From: an uncultured Clostridia bacterium
GTDB taxonomy: Bacteria; Bacillota; Clostridia; Oscillospirales; CAG-272
DNA length: 34,374 bases
Reading direction: 5' to 3'
Assembly: GCA_946618395.1 (NCBI GenBank)
Contig: CAMOLD010000002.1
Coordinates: 1 to 34,374, forward strand
The notes beneath the pieces are model-generated. The model was not told where the DNA came from and did not search any database. It worked only from the letters and a program-made list of their open reading frames with translations. Below, piece after piece: positions 23,416 to 31,809 of this stretch (its first letter is position 1; every line of letters starts with the position of its first letter). A program made the position numbers and the translations under genes.

Positions 23416-24879
23416 ATGGAATATCTGATTCAAAACAGAGAACCAGCCTCGGTTTTTCACTTTTTTGAGGAGATTTGCGCCATTCCCCACGGCTCTTTTC
23501 ACGAAGAAAAGATTGCCGATTATCTTGTCCGGTTTGCACAGGCGCGCGGACTTTTCTTTACCCGTGACGCCATGAACAATGTGTTCATCAAATTGCCGGC
23601 GTCCCCCGACCGCGCGGATGAAGAGCCCATTCTCTTTCAGGGGCATACCGACATGGTGTGCGAAAAGAACAGCGACGTCAAACATGATTTTCTTACCGAT
23701 CCGTTGGAATTATATTTGGACGGTGACCTGCTTCGCGCACGCGGCACCACGCTGGGCGCCGACGACGGAATTGCCGTTGCCATGATGCTTGCGCTTTTGG
23801 ACGGCGCAATTCCTTCCCACCCCGCGTTTGAATGCCTGTTCACCACCGCCGAGGAAGTCGGGCTGGACGGCGCAAAAGCGTTTGATTACAGTCAGGTTAC
23901 CGCCACCCGAATGATGAATTTGGATAGCGAGGAGCTGGGAATTGTTACAGCCGGATGCGCCGGCGGCGTGCGGACAGATTTGACGCTTTCTTACCAAGCG
24001 CTTCCGTTTTCCGGCAGTTGTTTGCGCGTTTGTGTGCGCGGTTTGGCGGGCGGACATTCGGGCTCCGAGATTAACCGCGGGCGCGCCAACGCAAACCGGC
24101 TGATGGGGCGGATCCTTTGCGGGCTGGCAAAAAGTCAGAACATTCATCTTGTCTCCCTTTCGGGCGGTTCCAAAGATAATGCTATTCCGCGCGAATGCGA
24201 GGCGACAATTGCTGTTACCGATGCGCAAAAAGCAATCAATTGGTTGCAGGCGGCAGGCAAAGAACTTGCAAAAGAGCTCTGCCGCGAGGATTCCGGCTTT
24301 GCCCTTTTGGTCGAGCCTGCGGCGGCGCCCGAAAAAATGCTCTCGTTTGAGGATACCGAGCGCGCGCTTGCGGTTTTGACCTGCGCGCAAATCGGCGTGC
24401 TGGAAATGAGCAAACACATCGACGGTCTTGTGGAATCTTCCCGCAACCTGGGCGTTGTGCGCCATGAAGAGGGAAAACTGGTTTTCGTTTTTTCCAGCCG
24501 TTCCTCGGTGGAGGCGCAGTTGGACGCCATGCAGAACGAATTGGATTTGTTTGCCAAGCTGACAGGATGCGCTGTGCGCCACCACAGCCGTTATCCCGGT
24601 TGGGATTACGCACCCGACTCGGCAATTCGCGCCGCCTATTGCAAGGCGTTTCAAGCCGTTACCGGCAAGGAAGCGGCGGTTAACGTCATTCATGCCGGCC
24701 TGGAATGCGGCATCATCCGCTCCCATCTTCCCAATTTGGATATGATTTCCATCGGCCCGGATATGCACGATATTCATTCCCCCAACGAAACGCTGGTGCT
24801 TTCCTCGGTGGAGGTATTCTGGCGCGTTCTTGAAGAGCTGATTGCTTCCATTTCGTCGAAAAGGCAAGAAAAAGAATAA
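23416..24879 (+). CDS. pepD: Aminoacyl-histidine dipeptidase (Xaa-His dipeptidase)
   Basis: M20-family PepD signatures: FEEICAIPHGSFHEEKIADYL, FQGHTDMVCEK, GTTLGADDGIAVA, FTTAEEVGLDGA. ATG 23416 has AAAGGA upstream. Confidence 0.88.
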   Translation: MEYLIQNREPASVFHFFEEICAIPHGSFHEEKIADYLVRFAQARGLFFTRDAMNNVFIKLPASPDRADEEPILFQGHTDMVCEKNSDVKHDFLTDPLELYLDGDLLRARGTTLGADDGIAVAMMLALLDGAIPSHPAFECLFTTAEEVGLDGAKAFDYSQVTATRMMNLDSEELGIVTAGCAGGVRTDLTLSYQALPFSGSCLRVCVRGLAGGHSGSEINRGRANANRLMGRILCGLAKSQNIHLVSLSGGSKDNAIPRECEATIAVTDAQKAINWLQAAGKELAKELCREDSGFALLVEPAAAPEKMLSFEDTERALAVLTCAQIGVLEMSKHIDGLVESSRNLGVVRHEEGKLVFVFSSRSSVEAQLDAMQNELDLFAKLTGCAVRHHSRYPGWDYAPDSAIRAAYCKAFQAVTGKEAAVNVIHAGLECGIIRSHLPNLDMISIGPDMHDIHSPNETLVLSSVEVFWRVLEELIASISSKRQEKE

Positions 24880-24899
24880 TTCTTATTCTAAATATTCAA

Positions 24900-24947
24900 A
24901 AAAAGAATCTCCGCAAATCCGGCAATCGGACTTGCGGAGATTTTTTA
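24900..24947. terminator. Bidirectional terminator between pepD (+) and tmk (-)
   Basis: 11-bp stem AATCTCCGCAA / TTGCGGAGATT (24906-24942), flanked by an A-run and a T-run. Confidence 0.8.
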
Positions 24948-25565
24948 TGATTGCAAAAGCGAATCTACAATTTTTCGGATCTCGGCCTGCACCTCGTCAA
25001 TCGGGCGCGCCGCGTCCACAATGCGGACCGATTGCGGATCAAATGTTTGCAAAACCGCATGGAATTGTGCTCTCACACGTTCCAGCCGTTCGCTCGTTTC
25101 ATAAATCTCGCGCGTTTCGGTGCGTCTGTTGATGCGCTTCATGCTTTCTTCGGGCAAAAGATCCAAAAAAATGCAAAGGTCGGGGTGGCGGATCTCGGGG
25201 CAGTTCAGGTTCATACTGCGTACCCATTCAGCGTCGGTTTCCGCTCCCTGATAGGCAAGGGTGGAATAAAAATACCGGTCGCAAATCACATCGTTCCCGT
25301 TCTTCAAAAGTGCGGTAATTCCAACCTCGGGCTGGATGTTATGGGCAATGCGGTCAAGCGTGAACAGCGCGGCAAGCTCGCAGGGCGTTTTTTGCTCCTC
25401 GCCGGAAAGCGCACGGCGCAATGCCTTGCCGGAGGGAAGATCGGTTGGCTCGGCGGTGCAAACCACCGGGCGTCCTTTTTCCTTCAAATAGCCTTCCAAA
25501 AGGCGGATTTGCGTTGTTTTGCCCGCACCGTCAATCCCTTCAAAAACAATCAGTTTTCCGGTCAT
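24945..25565 (-). CDS. tmk: Thymidylate kinase
   Basis: P-loop FEGIDGAGKTTQ and DRYFYSTLAYQGA. Start is ATG 25565 (MTGKLIVFEG) or ATG 25580 (MNKEAMTGK..). The 281-aa ORF-track version runs through the cysE 3' end and is not credible. Confidence 0.88.
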   Translation of the reverse strand: MTGKLIVFEGIDGAGKTTQIRLLEGYLKEKGRPVVCTAEPTDLPSGKALRRALSGEEQKTPCELAALFTLDRIAHNIQPEVGITALLKNGNDVICDRYFYSTLAYQGAETDAEWVRSMNLNCPEIRHPDLCIFLDLLPEESMKRINRRTETREIYETSERLERVRAQFHAVLQTFDPQSVRIVDAARPIDEVQAEIRKIVDSLLQS

Positions 25566-25572
25566 GGCTTCT

Positions 25573-26271
25573 TTATTCATCGGTTTTCGGTTGCAACGCG
25601 GCAAGCTGCTTTTCCAATTCTTCAATGCGGTGTTTGAGGTGATTGATTTCCAGCTTTGTCGGGTCGGGGATGTGGCATTGATCCATCTGATCATAAACGC
25701 GGACGCCGCCGCGGCGGACGACCTTTGCGGGAATGCCGACTGCGGTGCTATCCTCCGGAACTTCGTGAATGACAACGGCGTTGGAGGCAATTTTGCTGTT
25801 GGAGCCGATTTTCACGGGTCCAAGCACCTTTGCGCCCGCGCCGATCATCACATTGTCGCCAATGGTGGGGTGGCGCTTGCCAACGTCTTTTCCGGTTCCG
25901 CCCAGGGTAACCCCTTGGTAAATGGTGCAGTTATCGCCAATCTCGGTGGTCTCGCCAATCACAACGCCCATGCCGTGGTCAATGAACAGCCCTTTGCCAA
26001 TCGTTGCGCCGGGGTGAATTTCAATTCCGGTTAAAAAACGGGAAAACTGGCTGATTGCGCGGGCAGGGAAATACCATTCTTTTTCATAAAACCGGTGGGC
26101 AATCCGGTGCGCAAAAATTGCGTGCACGCCCGAGTAAAGAAGCAGGATTTCGGCTTTGCTTCGCGCGGCAGGATCCCGGCTTTTCACCGTTTGAATCGTA
26201 TCCGAAAGGTCTTCGCGCAACTGCGAAATCAGCGCAAGGACGGCATTCGGCTTTTTCTCTTGTTCTTCCAT
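25573..26271 (-). CDS. cysE: Serine O-acetyltransferase
   Basis: ILLLYSGVHAIFAHRIAH plus hexapeptide-repeat core GIEIHPGATIGKGLFIDHGMGVVIGETTEIGDNCTIYQGVTLGG. ATG 26271 has GGGAGG 8 nt upstream. Confidence 0.9.
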   Translation of the reverse strand: MEEQEKKPNAVLALISQLREDLSDTIQTVKSRDPAARSKAEILLLYSGVHAIFAHRIAHRFYEKEWYFPARAISQFSRFLTGIEIHPGATIGKGLFIDHGMGVVIGETTEIGDNCTIYQGVTLGGTGKDVGKRHPTIGDNVMIGAGAKVLGPVKIGSNSKIASNAVVIHEVPEDSTAVGIPAKVVRRGGVRVYDQMDQCHIPDPTKLEINHLKHRIEELEKQLAALQPKTDE

Positions 26272-26314
26272 TTTTGGTGCCTCCCTTCGGTGGGAATGAA
26301 AAACTCTATTAACC

Positions 26315-26343
26315 ATTATACAGGAAAAAAGCGGATTTGTAAA
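26315..26343 (-). promoter_or_regulatory. sigma-A-type promoter of cysE-tmk
   Basis: Minus strand reads TTTACA (26343-26338), 17-nt spacer, TATAAT (26320-26315). Confidence 0.6.
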
Positions 26344-26414
26344 TAGATTTTTTGTTTTTCTTTTCGTTTTCGGCTTTTTGCAAGGATTTTTTACCGAAAA
26401 ATGCCGCCGGATGA

Positions 26415-26443
26415 TTGACAGAAACGGTTTTATATGATATAAT
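26415..26443 (+). promoter_or_regulatory. sigma-A-type promoter of alaS
   Basis: TTGACA (26415-26420), 17-nt spacer, TGa-TATAAT (26435-26443). Confidence 0.7.
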
Positions 26444-26497
26444 TCTTTTATCTATGTGTAGATCGGAAGAACCGATCACGAAAGGAATTTTTGAACC

Positions 26498-29128
26498 ATG
26501 AAATGGACAGGATTGAACGAACTGCGCGAAAAGTATCTTTCTTTTTTTGAATCCAAGGGGCATCTCCGCCTTCCTTCTTTTCCGCTCGTTCCCATCAACG
26601 ACAAATCTCTTTTGCTCATCAACTCCGGCATGGCGCCCATGAAAAAGTTTTTCACGGGCGAGGAGGAACCGCCGCGCCACCGCGTGACCACCTGCCAGAA
26701 GTGCATTCGCACGCCGGACCTTGAACGCGTGGGCCACACCGCCCGCCACGGCACCTTTTTTGAGATGCTGGGCAACTTCTCCTTTGGCGATTATTTCAAG
26801 GAAGACGCCATTCCGTGGGCTTGGGAATTTTTGACCAAAACGCTGGAAATTCCCGAGGACCTGCTTTGGCCGTCGATTTATAAAGAGGACGATGAAGCCT
26901 ACGATATTTGGGTCAAAAAGGTGGGGGTAAACCCCGCCCATGTTGTGCGCCTGGGCAAAGAGGACAACTTCTGGGAGCACGGCACCGGCCCCTGCGGTCC
27001 CTGCTCGGAAATTTACTTTGACCGCGGCGAAAAATACGGTTGCGGCAAGCCGGATTGCAAACCCGGATGCGATTGCGACCGCTATATGGAAATTTGGAAC
27101 AACGTCTTCTCCCAGTTCAACAACATGGGCGATGGGACCTACACCGAGCTGGCGCAAAAGAATATTGATACCGGCATGGGTCTGGAACGCCTTGCCTGCG
27201 TGATGCAGGGTGTGGACAACCTGTTTGAGGTGGACACGGTGCGCAAAATTTTGGACACCGTTTGCTCCATTGCCGGCAAGAGCTACGGCAAGGACGCAAA
27301 GGACGATATTTCCATCCGCGTGGTCACCGACCATATCCGCTCGGCAACCTTTATGATTTCGGATGGCGTCATTCCCTCCAACGAGGGGCGCGGCTACGTT
27401 TTGCGCCGCATTTTGCGCCGTGCCTGCCGCCATGGCAAACTGCTGGGCATCAATCGCTCCTTCCTGCCCGAGCTTTGCGAGGTCGCCATTGGCGAATCCA
27501 AGGATGCTTACCCCGAGCTTGCCGAGAAGAAGACCTACATTCTCAAAGTGATCGCCATGGAAGAGGAACGCTTTGACGCAACCATCGACTCCGGGCTTTC
27601 CATTCTTTCCGGGCTGATTGAAGAGGCAAAGAAGACCAATCAAACCACCCTTGCCGGCAAAGAGGTCTTCAAACTTTACGATACTTTCGGTTTCCCCATC
27701 GACCTAACGCGCGAGATTGCCGCCGAGGCGGGGTTGGAAATTGACGAAGCGGAATTTGAGGCTTTGATGAAAGAGCAAAAGGTTCGCGCACGCGAGGCGC
27801 GCGCAAACATCAGCGGTTGGTCGGGAACGGCAAAAACGCTGTTTGCCGATCTTCCCAAAACCAATTTTACCGGCTACAACACCACCAGCGATACCGGCAT
27901 GATCCTTGCCATCCTTTCGGAGGATAGCCCGGTGGATGCGGTCAGCGAGGGTGAATGCACCGTCATTCTGGATAAAACGCCGTTCTACGGTGAGGGCGGC
28001 GGTCAGATCGGCGATACCGGCATCATCACCTGCCATGGAGCGGTGCTGAACGTTTTGGATACCAAAAAGACCGACGGCATTTATTTGCACCTGTGCGCTG
28101 TTGCCGAGGGGACTTTCCATACCGGCGACGTCGTTCAAACCGAGGTGGACGCGCACCGTCGCGCCGCCATCATGCGCAACCATTCGGCGGCTCACCTCTT
28201 GCAAAGCGCGCTTCGCCGCGTGCTGGGCAACCATGTCGAGCAGGCGGGCTCCTATGTTTCGGATACCGTTTGCCGCTTTGACTTTACCCATTTCGCGCCC
28301 CTGACGGCCGAGGAAATTGCCAAAGTGGAAGCCTTGGTCAACGAAGATATTTTTGAAGCCGCTCCCGGCACCATGACCGAAATGCCCATCGACGAAGCCA
28401 AAAAGCTGGGCGCCACCGCGCTCTTCGGCGAAAAATACGGCAAAATCGTCCGCGTGGTGCGCATGGGCGAACACTCGGTCGAATTCTGCGGCGGAACCCA
28501 TGTGGATAACACCGCGCGCATCGGTCTGTTCAAGATCCTTTCCGAGTCCTCGGTTGCCGCGGGAGTGCGCCGCATTGAGGCAACCACCGGCGAAGGGGTG
28601 CTCAAACTGCTGGCAGAGAAAAACGCTCTGCTTGCCGACGCTTCCAAGGCGCTCAAAGTGCAAAAGCCGGGCGATCTGGCTCCGCGCGCAACCCAGCTCC
28701 ATGCCGAGCTTGCGGCAATGAAGAAAGAGCTGGATTCGCTCAACGCAAAAATGGCGGCTTCCAAGCTGGATGACCTGATGGCCAATGCCGTTGCGGTCGG
28801 ATCGATCAAATTGGTCACCGCCGACCTCGGCGAAACCGCGGCAGACGCCGCACGCTCGCTGGGCGACGAAATCAAGGCGCGGTATGAGGACGCCGTTGCG
28901 CTTCTTGCCATTCGCCGCGAGGGAGCGGTGCAGTTCCTCTGTGTTGCCGGAAAGAAAGCGGTGGAAACTGGCGCACACGCCGGCAAACTGGTCGGCGCGG
29001 TTGCGGCAATTACCGGCGGCAAGGGCGGCGGACGCCCCGATAACGCCATGGCAGGCGGCAAAGACGCCGCAAAAATTGCCGAGGCACTCGCCGCGGCAAA
29101 AGAGATGCTTCAATCTATGATCAAGTAA
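26498..29128 (+). CDS. alaS: Alanine--tRNA ligase
   Basis: 876 aa. FFEMLGNFSFGDYFK, HSAAHLL editing-domain motif, and a C-terminal DHHA1-like GGKGGGRPD. Confidence 0.97.
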   Translation: MKWTGLNELREKYLSFFESKGHLRLPSFPLVPINDKSLLLINSGMAPMKKFFTGEEEPPRHRVTTCQKCIRTPDLERVGHTARHGTFFEMLGNFSFGDYFKEDAIPWAWEFLTKTLEIPEDLLWPSIYKEDDEAYDIWVKKVGVNPAHVVRLGKEDNFWEHGTGPCGPCSEIYFDRGEKYGCGKPDCKPGCDCDRYMEIWNNVFSQFNNMGDGTYTELAQKNIDTGMGLERLACVMQGVDNLFEVDTVRKILDTVCSIAGKSYGKDAKDDISIRVVTDHIRSATFMISDGVIPSNEGRGYVLRRILRRACRHGKLLGINRSFLPELCEVAIGESKDAYPELAEKKTYILKVIAMEEERFDATIDSGLSILSGLIEEAKKTNQTTLAGKEVFKLYDTFGFPIDLTREIAAEAGLEIDEAEFEALMKEQKVRAREARANISGWSGTAKTLFADLPKTNFTGYNTTSDTGMILAILSEDSPVDAVSEGECTVILDKTPFYGEGGGQIGDTGIITCHGAVLNVLDTKKTDGIYLHLCAVAEGTFHTGDVVQTEVDAHRRAAIMRNHSAAHLLQSALRRVLGNHVEQAGSYVSDTVCRFDFTHFAPLTAEEIAKVEALVNEDIFEAAPGTMTEMPIDEAKKLGATALFGEKYGKIVRVVRMGEHSVEFCGGTHVDNTARIGLFKILSESSVAAGVRRIEATTGEGVLKLLAEKNALLADASKALKVQKPGDLAPRATQLHAELAAMKKELDSLNAKMAASKLDDLMANAVAVGSIKLVTADLGETAADAARSLGDEIKARYEDAVALLAIRREGAVQFLCVAGKKAVETGAHAGKLVGAVAAITGGKGGGRPDNAMAGGKDAAKIAEALAAAKEMLQSMIK

Positions 29129-29140
29129 CAATCAAAAATC

Positions 29141-29186
29141 AAAAAGACCGTGTCAAGGAATACTCCTTCACACGGTCTTTTTTTCA
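29141..29186. terminator. Bidirectional terminator between alaS (+) and the EIIC-like gene (-)
   Basis: AAGACCGTGT / ACACGGTCTT (29144-29179) with inner AAGGA/TCCTT pairing, flanked by A5 and T8. Confidence 0.85.
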
Positions 29187-29193
29187 TTGTCTT

Positions 29194-30264
29194 TCAATCC
29201 TGCAATTTCAAATCTCCGGGTTTGATCCATTTAACTTTGTAGAGCAGTTCGCTGACGCCGAGGGAAATTGCGGCGGGGAGGATGAAACAAATCAGGAAGA
29301 GCCCAACCCAATCCAAAGCCGTTACCTGTTCCGGGTAAACACCGCCGAACCAGCCGAGGATCATTCCAATCGGGCCGAGAAGTCCGCAGGTTCCCATGCC
29401 CGAATTGATGGCGGCACCATACATTTTCAGCCCGAATGCGCAGGTGGAAAGCGGACCTGTAATTGCCGAAGCAACAATGGTGGGAATCCAGATGCGCGGA
29501 TTGCGCACAATGTTGGGCATTTGCAACATGCTTGTTCCAAGCCCCTGGGAGATCAGCCCGCCCCATTTGTTTTCCTTAAAACTCATCACGGCAAAGCCAA
29601 CCATTTGCGCGCAGCATCCGGCAATCGCCGCGCCGCCTGCCAGGGCAAGCCCCGCGTGGTTGCTTTGCAACGCGATACCCGAAAGCCCGATGGCGGCGCA
29701 AATTGCCGCCGAGCTGATGGGAAGCGTCAGCGCAATTCCAACGACGACAGAAACAATTAATCCCATCCAAAACGGTTGTTGCAGGGTTGCCCAACCGATA
29801 AATTTGCCAACCGCGCTTGCCGCAACGCCAATGGGCGGCGCGATCAAAACGCTCAACAGTCCGCCAACCAGAATGGTGACAAACGGCGTTACCAAAATGT
29901 CAACCTTCGTTTTTTTGGAAACCAGCATTCCAATCTCGCTTGCGGCAATGGCAATCACCAAAACGGCGAGCGGCCCTCCGGCGCCGCCTTTTTCGTTTGC
30001 CATATAGCCCACCAAAACGTTGGAAAATATGACCAGCGGGTGCGCTTTGAGCGCATAGGCAATGGCAACCGCCATGGCAGGTCCGGCAATTTTTGCACCG
30101 TAGCCGCCAAGCTCGGTCAAAAAGTCGCTCACCTTGGGAATGGGAATCATTCCCAGCGCCTTGAAAATGGTGCCGATGAGGAGCGAGGCAAACAGACCCA
30201 GCGCCATGGCTCCCATCGCGTCAATGAAGTATCGCTTTGAATATTTTTTCAGTATTTCTTTCAT
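29194..30264 (-). CDS. PTS EIIC-like membrane protein (PTS_EIIC_2 / PfoR-like family)
   Basis: 356-aa polytopic membrane protein. N-terminus MKEILKKYSKRYFIDAMGAMALGLFASLLIG and Gly/Ala-rich helices resemble the PfoR-type EIIC family, assigned from memory rather than from a search. GGAGG RBS. Confidence 0.55.
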   Translation of the reverse strand: MKEILKKYSKRYFIDAMGAMALGLFASLLIGTIFKALGMIPIPKVSDFLTELGGYGAKIAGPAMAVAIAYALKAHPLVIFSNVLVGYMANEKGGAGGPLAVLVIAIAASEIGMLVSKKTKVDILVTPFVTILVGGLLSVLIAPPIGVAASAVGKFIGWATLQQPFWMGLIVSVVVGIALTLPISSAAICAAIGLSGIALQSNHAGLALAGGAAIAGCCAQMVGFAVMSFKENKWGGLISQGLGTSMLQMPNIVRNPRIWIPTIVASAITGPLSTCAFGLKMYGAAINSGMGTCGLLGPIGMILGWFGGVYPEQVTALDWVGLFLICFILPAAISLGVSELLYKVKWIKPGDLKLQD

Positions 30265-30385
30265 AAAATGCCTCCAAACGGAAACTTTTCATAGCCACAT
30301 GGGCATAGTATATCACTTTTTTTGAAAAAAAGCAACAGTCAATCTCAACAAAAACCGCCTTTTTTGCTTTTTTAGGCGCGCAAAA

Positions 30386-30424
30386 GGGCAAAAAAAGAAA
30401 TGTCCCGCCCAAATTGGGCGGGAC
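30386..30424 (-). terminator. Intrinsic terminator downstream of the SASP gene
   Basis: Minus strand reads GTCCCGCCC-AATTT-GGGCGGGAC followed by ATTTCTTTTTTT. Confidence 0.75.
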
Positions 30425-30521
30425 ACCCACACTTTTACTCAATTTGCCTTGAATAAAAATGTGGTTTTGCCTGATCTTCGGAAATCAACATTCAAAAGCC
30501 GGGCAACGAATGAAGGAAACC

Positions 30522-30743
30522 TTATTTCGAGAGACTGTTCTCGTAGGACTCGATCATTTTCTTGACCATCTGTCCACCAACGGAACCGGCATCCTTCGCG
30601 GTGATGTCACCGTTGTAGCCCTGTTTGAGGTTCACGCCGACTTCGTTAGCGGCTTCCATCTTGAATCTCTGCAGTGCATCTTTGGCCTGAGACTTGGTGC
30701 TTTTCTGCGTCCCTTTGGCCTGAGACTTGTTGCTTGCTGCCAT
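30522..30743 (-). CDS. Alpha/beta-type small acid-soluble spore protein
   Basis: 73 aa: MAASNKSQAKG..FKMEAANEVGVNL..GDITAKDAGSVGGQMVKKMIE, matching the two conserved SASP blocks. AAGGAG RBS. The 161-aa ORF-track version is an upstream extension. Confidence 0.85.
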   Translation of the reverse strand: MAASNKSQAKGTQKSTKSQAKDALQRFKMEAANEVGVNLKQGYNGDITAKDAGSVGGQMVKKMIESYENSLSK

Positions 30744-30992
30744 TGTGTTTTTCTCCTTTTCCGAACGGTCCGCTATTCTGCGAACCGTTCCGGGAACGAA
30801 ACACAGATTGGCAGCCATTCGATTATCTATATCATTGAGCAACGGCAAAGAACCGCGCTCTGATACTATTGTGCGCCGGAGCAATTTGATTATGAATGGT
30901 AATAGTTGGTCGATTTTGCACCAATCTGCTCTGTTCAAAAAGACGGAAAAAGGGAACCCTAATATTGCACGAATCAGGAAAGGAGAACAGCA

Positions 30993-31634
30993 ATGAAAAC
31001 AATTCAAAAAGGACTCTGCTTTGTGCTTTTTGCGGCAATGTTATGCGGCGCGTTGCCGCTTTTTGCAACGGCAAACGACGAAATCCCATGCGCCGTCAAC
31101 ACCGTTGCGCATACCGTTGTTTCGGGCGACACCATGTGGAAAATGGCGGTGCGGTATCATGTGGGGCTTTCCGAAATCATTTCGGCAAATCCGCATATCA
31201 AAAATCCGGATCTGATTTACCCCGGCGACACACTCTATATTCCCCTGACCGATACCGACGTTACCAATTTTGAAGAAGAGGTCGTCCGACTGGTCAACGA
31301 GATCCGCAAAAAGAACGGGCTTTCGGCTCTTTCCGAGAACTGGGAGCTTTCCCGCGTGGCGCGCTACAAGTCGCAGGATATGCACGATAAAAACTATTTT
31401 TCGCATACCAGTCCCACGTATGGCTCGCCGTTTGACATGATGAAAAGCTTTGGCATTTCCTACCGGACGGCAGGGGAGAACATTGCAAAAGGTTACCGGA
31501 CGCCGCAGGCGGTTGTGGACGGTTGGATGAACTCGGAAGGGCACCGCGCCAATATTCTGAACGCCTCCTTCAAGCAAATCGGCGTTGGATATTACGCAAA
31601 CGGATATTACTGGACGCAAATGTTCATTGGCTGA
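30993..31634 (+). CDS. Secreted LysM domain + CAP/SCP (YkwD-like) domain protein
   Basis: Signal peptide MKTIQKGLCFVLFAAMLCGALPLFA. LysM segment HTVVSGDTMWKMAVRYHVGLSEIISANP..IYPGDTLYIP. CAP block GENIAKGY..GWMNSEGHRANILN..IGVGY. AGGAG RBS. Confidence 0.8.
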   Translation: MKTIQKGLCFVLFAAMLCGALPLFATANDEIPCAVNTVAHTVVSGDTMWKMAVRYHVGLSEIISANPHIKNPDLIYPGDTLYIPLTDTDVTNFEEEVVRLVNEIRKKNGLSALSENWELSRVARYKSQDMHDKNYFSHTSPTYGSPFDMMKSFGISYRTAGENIAKGYRTPQAVVDGWMNSEGHRANILNASFKQIGVGYYANGYYWTQMFIG

Positions 31635-31635
31635 A

Positions 31636-31662
31636 ACAAGCGGCGGGAAACCGCCGCTTTCG
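31636..31662 (+). terminator. Hairpin terminator after the LysM-CAP gene
   Basis: AAGCGGCGG-GAAA-CCGCCGCTT followed by a short T-stretch. Confidence 0.6.
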
Positions 31663-31809
31663 ACATTCTGTGCAGACATTTTTTGTCTATTCTTTCAAAA
31701 AAGACATTTCTATATGATAAAATGATATATGTAGAAGTTTTGCTATTTTTTGCTATAAATCAAAATGCAGAAGCGCCGCACCTGAAAGAAACGACGATAG
31801 AGGGGTTCA

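Noticed and set aside
25566-25790. 70-75-codon N-terminal extension of the tmk ORF
   Set aside because: It overlaps the cysE 3' coding region in another frame. The canonical kinase N-terminus (MTGKLIVFEGIDGAGKTT) starts at 25565 or 25580.
26272-26497. T-box or other leader upstream of cysE or alaS
   Set aside because: The promoters at 26315-26343 (-) and 26415-26443 (+) leave leaders of only about 40-55 nt. That is too short for a T-box, and no specifier or T-box motif was seen.
30744-31007. 88-codon N-terminal extension of the SASP ORF
   Set aside because: An AAGGAG RBS sits directly before ATG 30743. The extension crosses the divergent promoter region and the start of the LysM-CAP gene, and real alpha/beta SASPs are about 60-75 aa.
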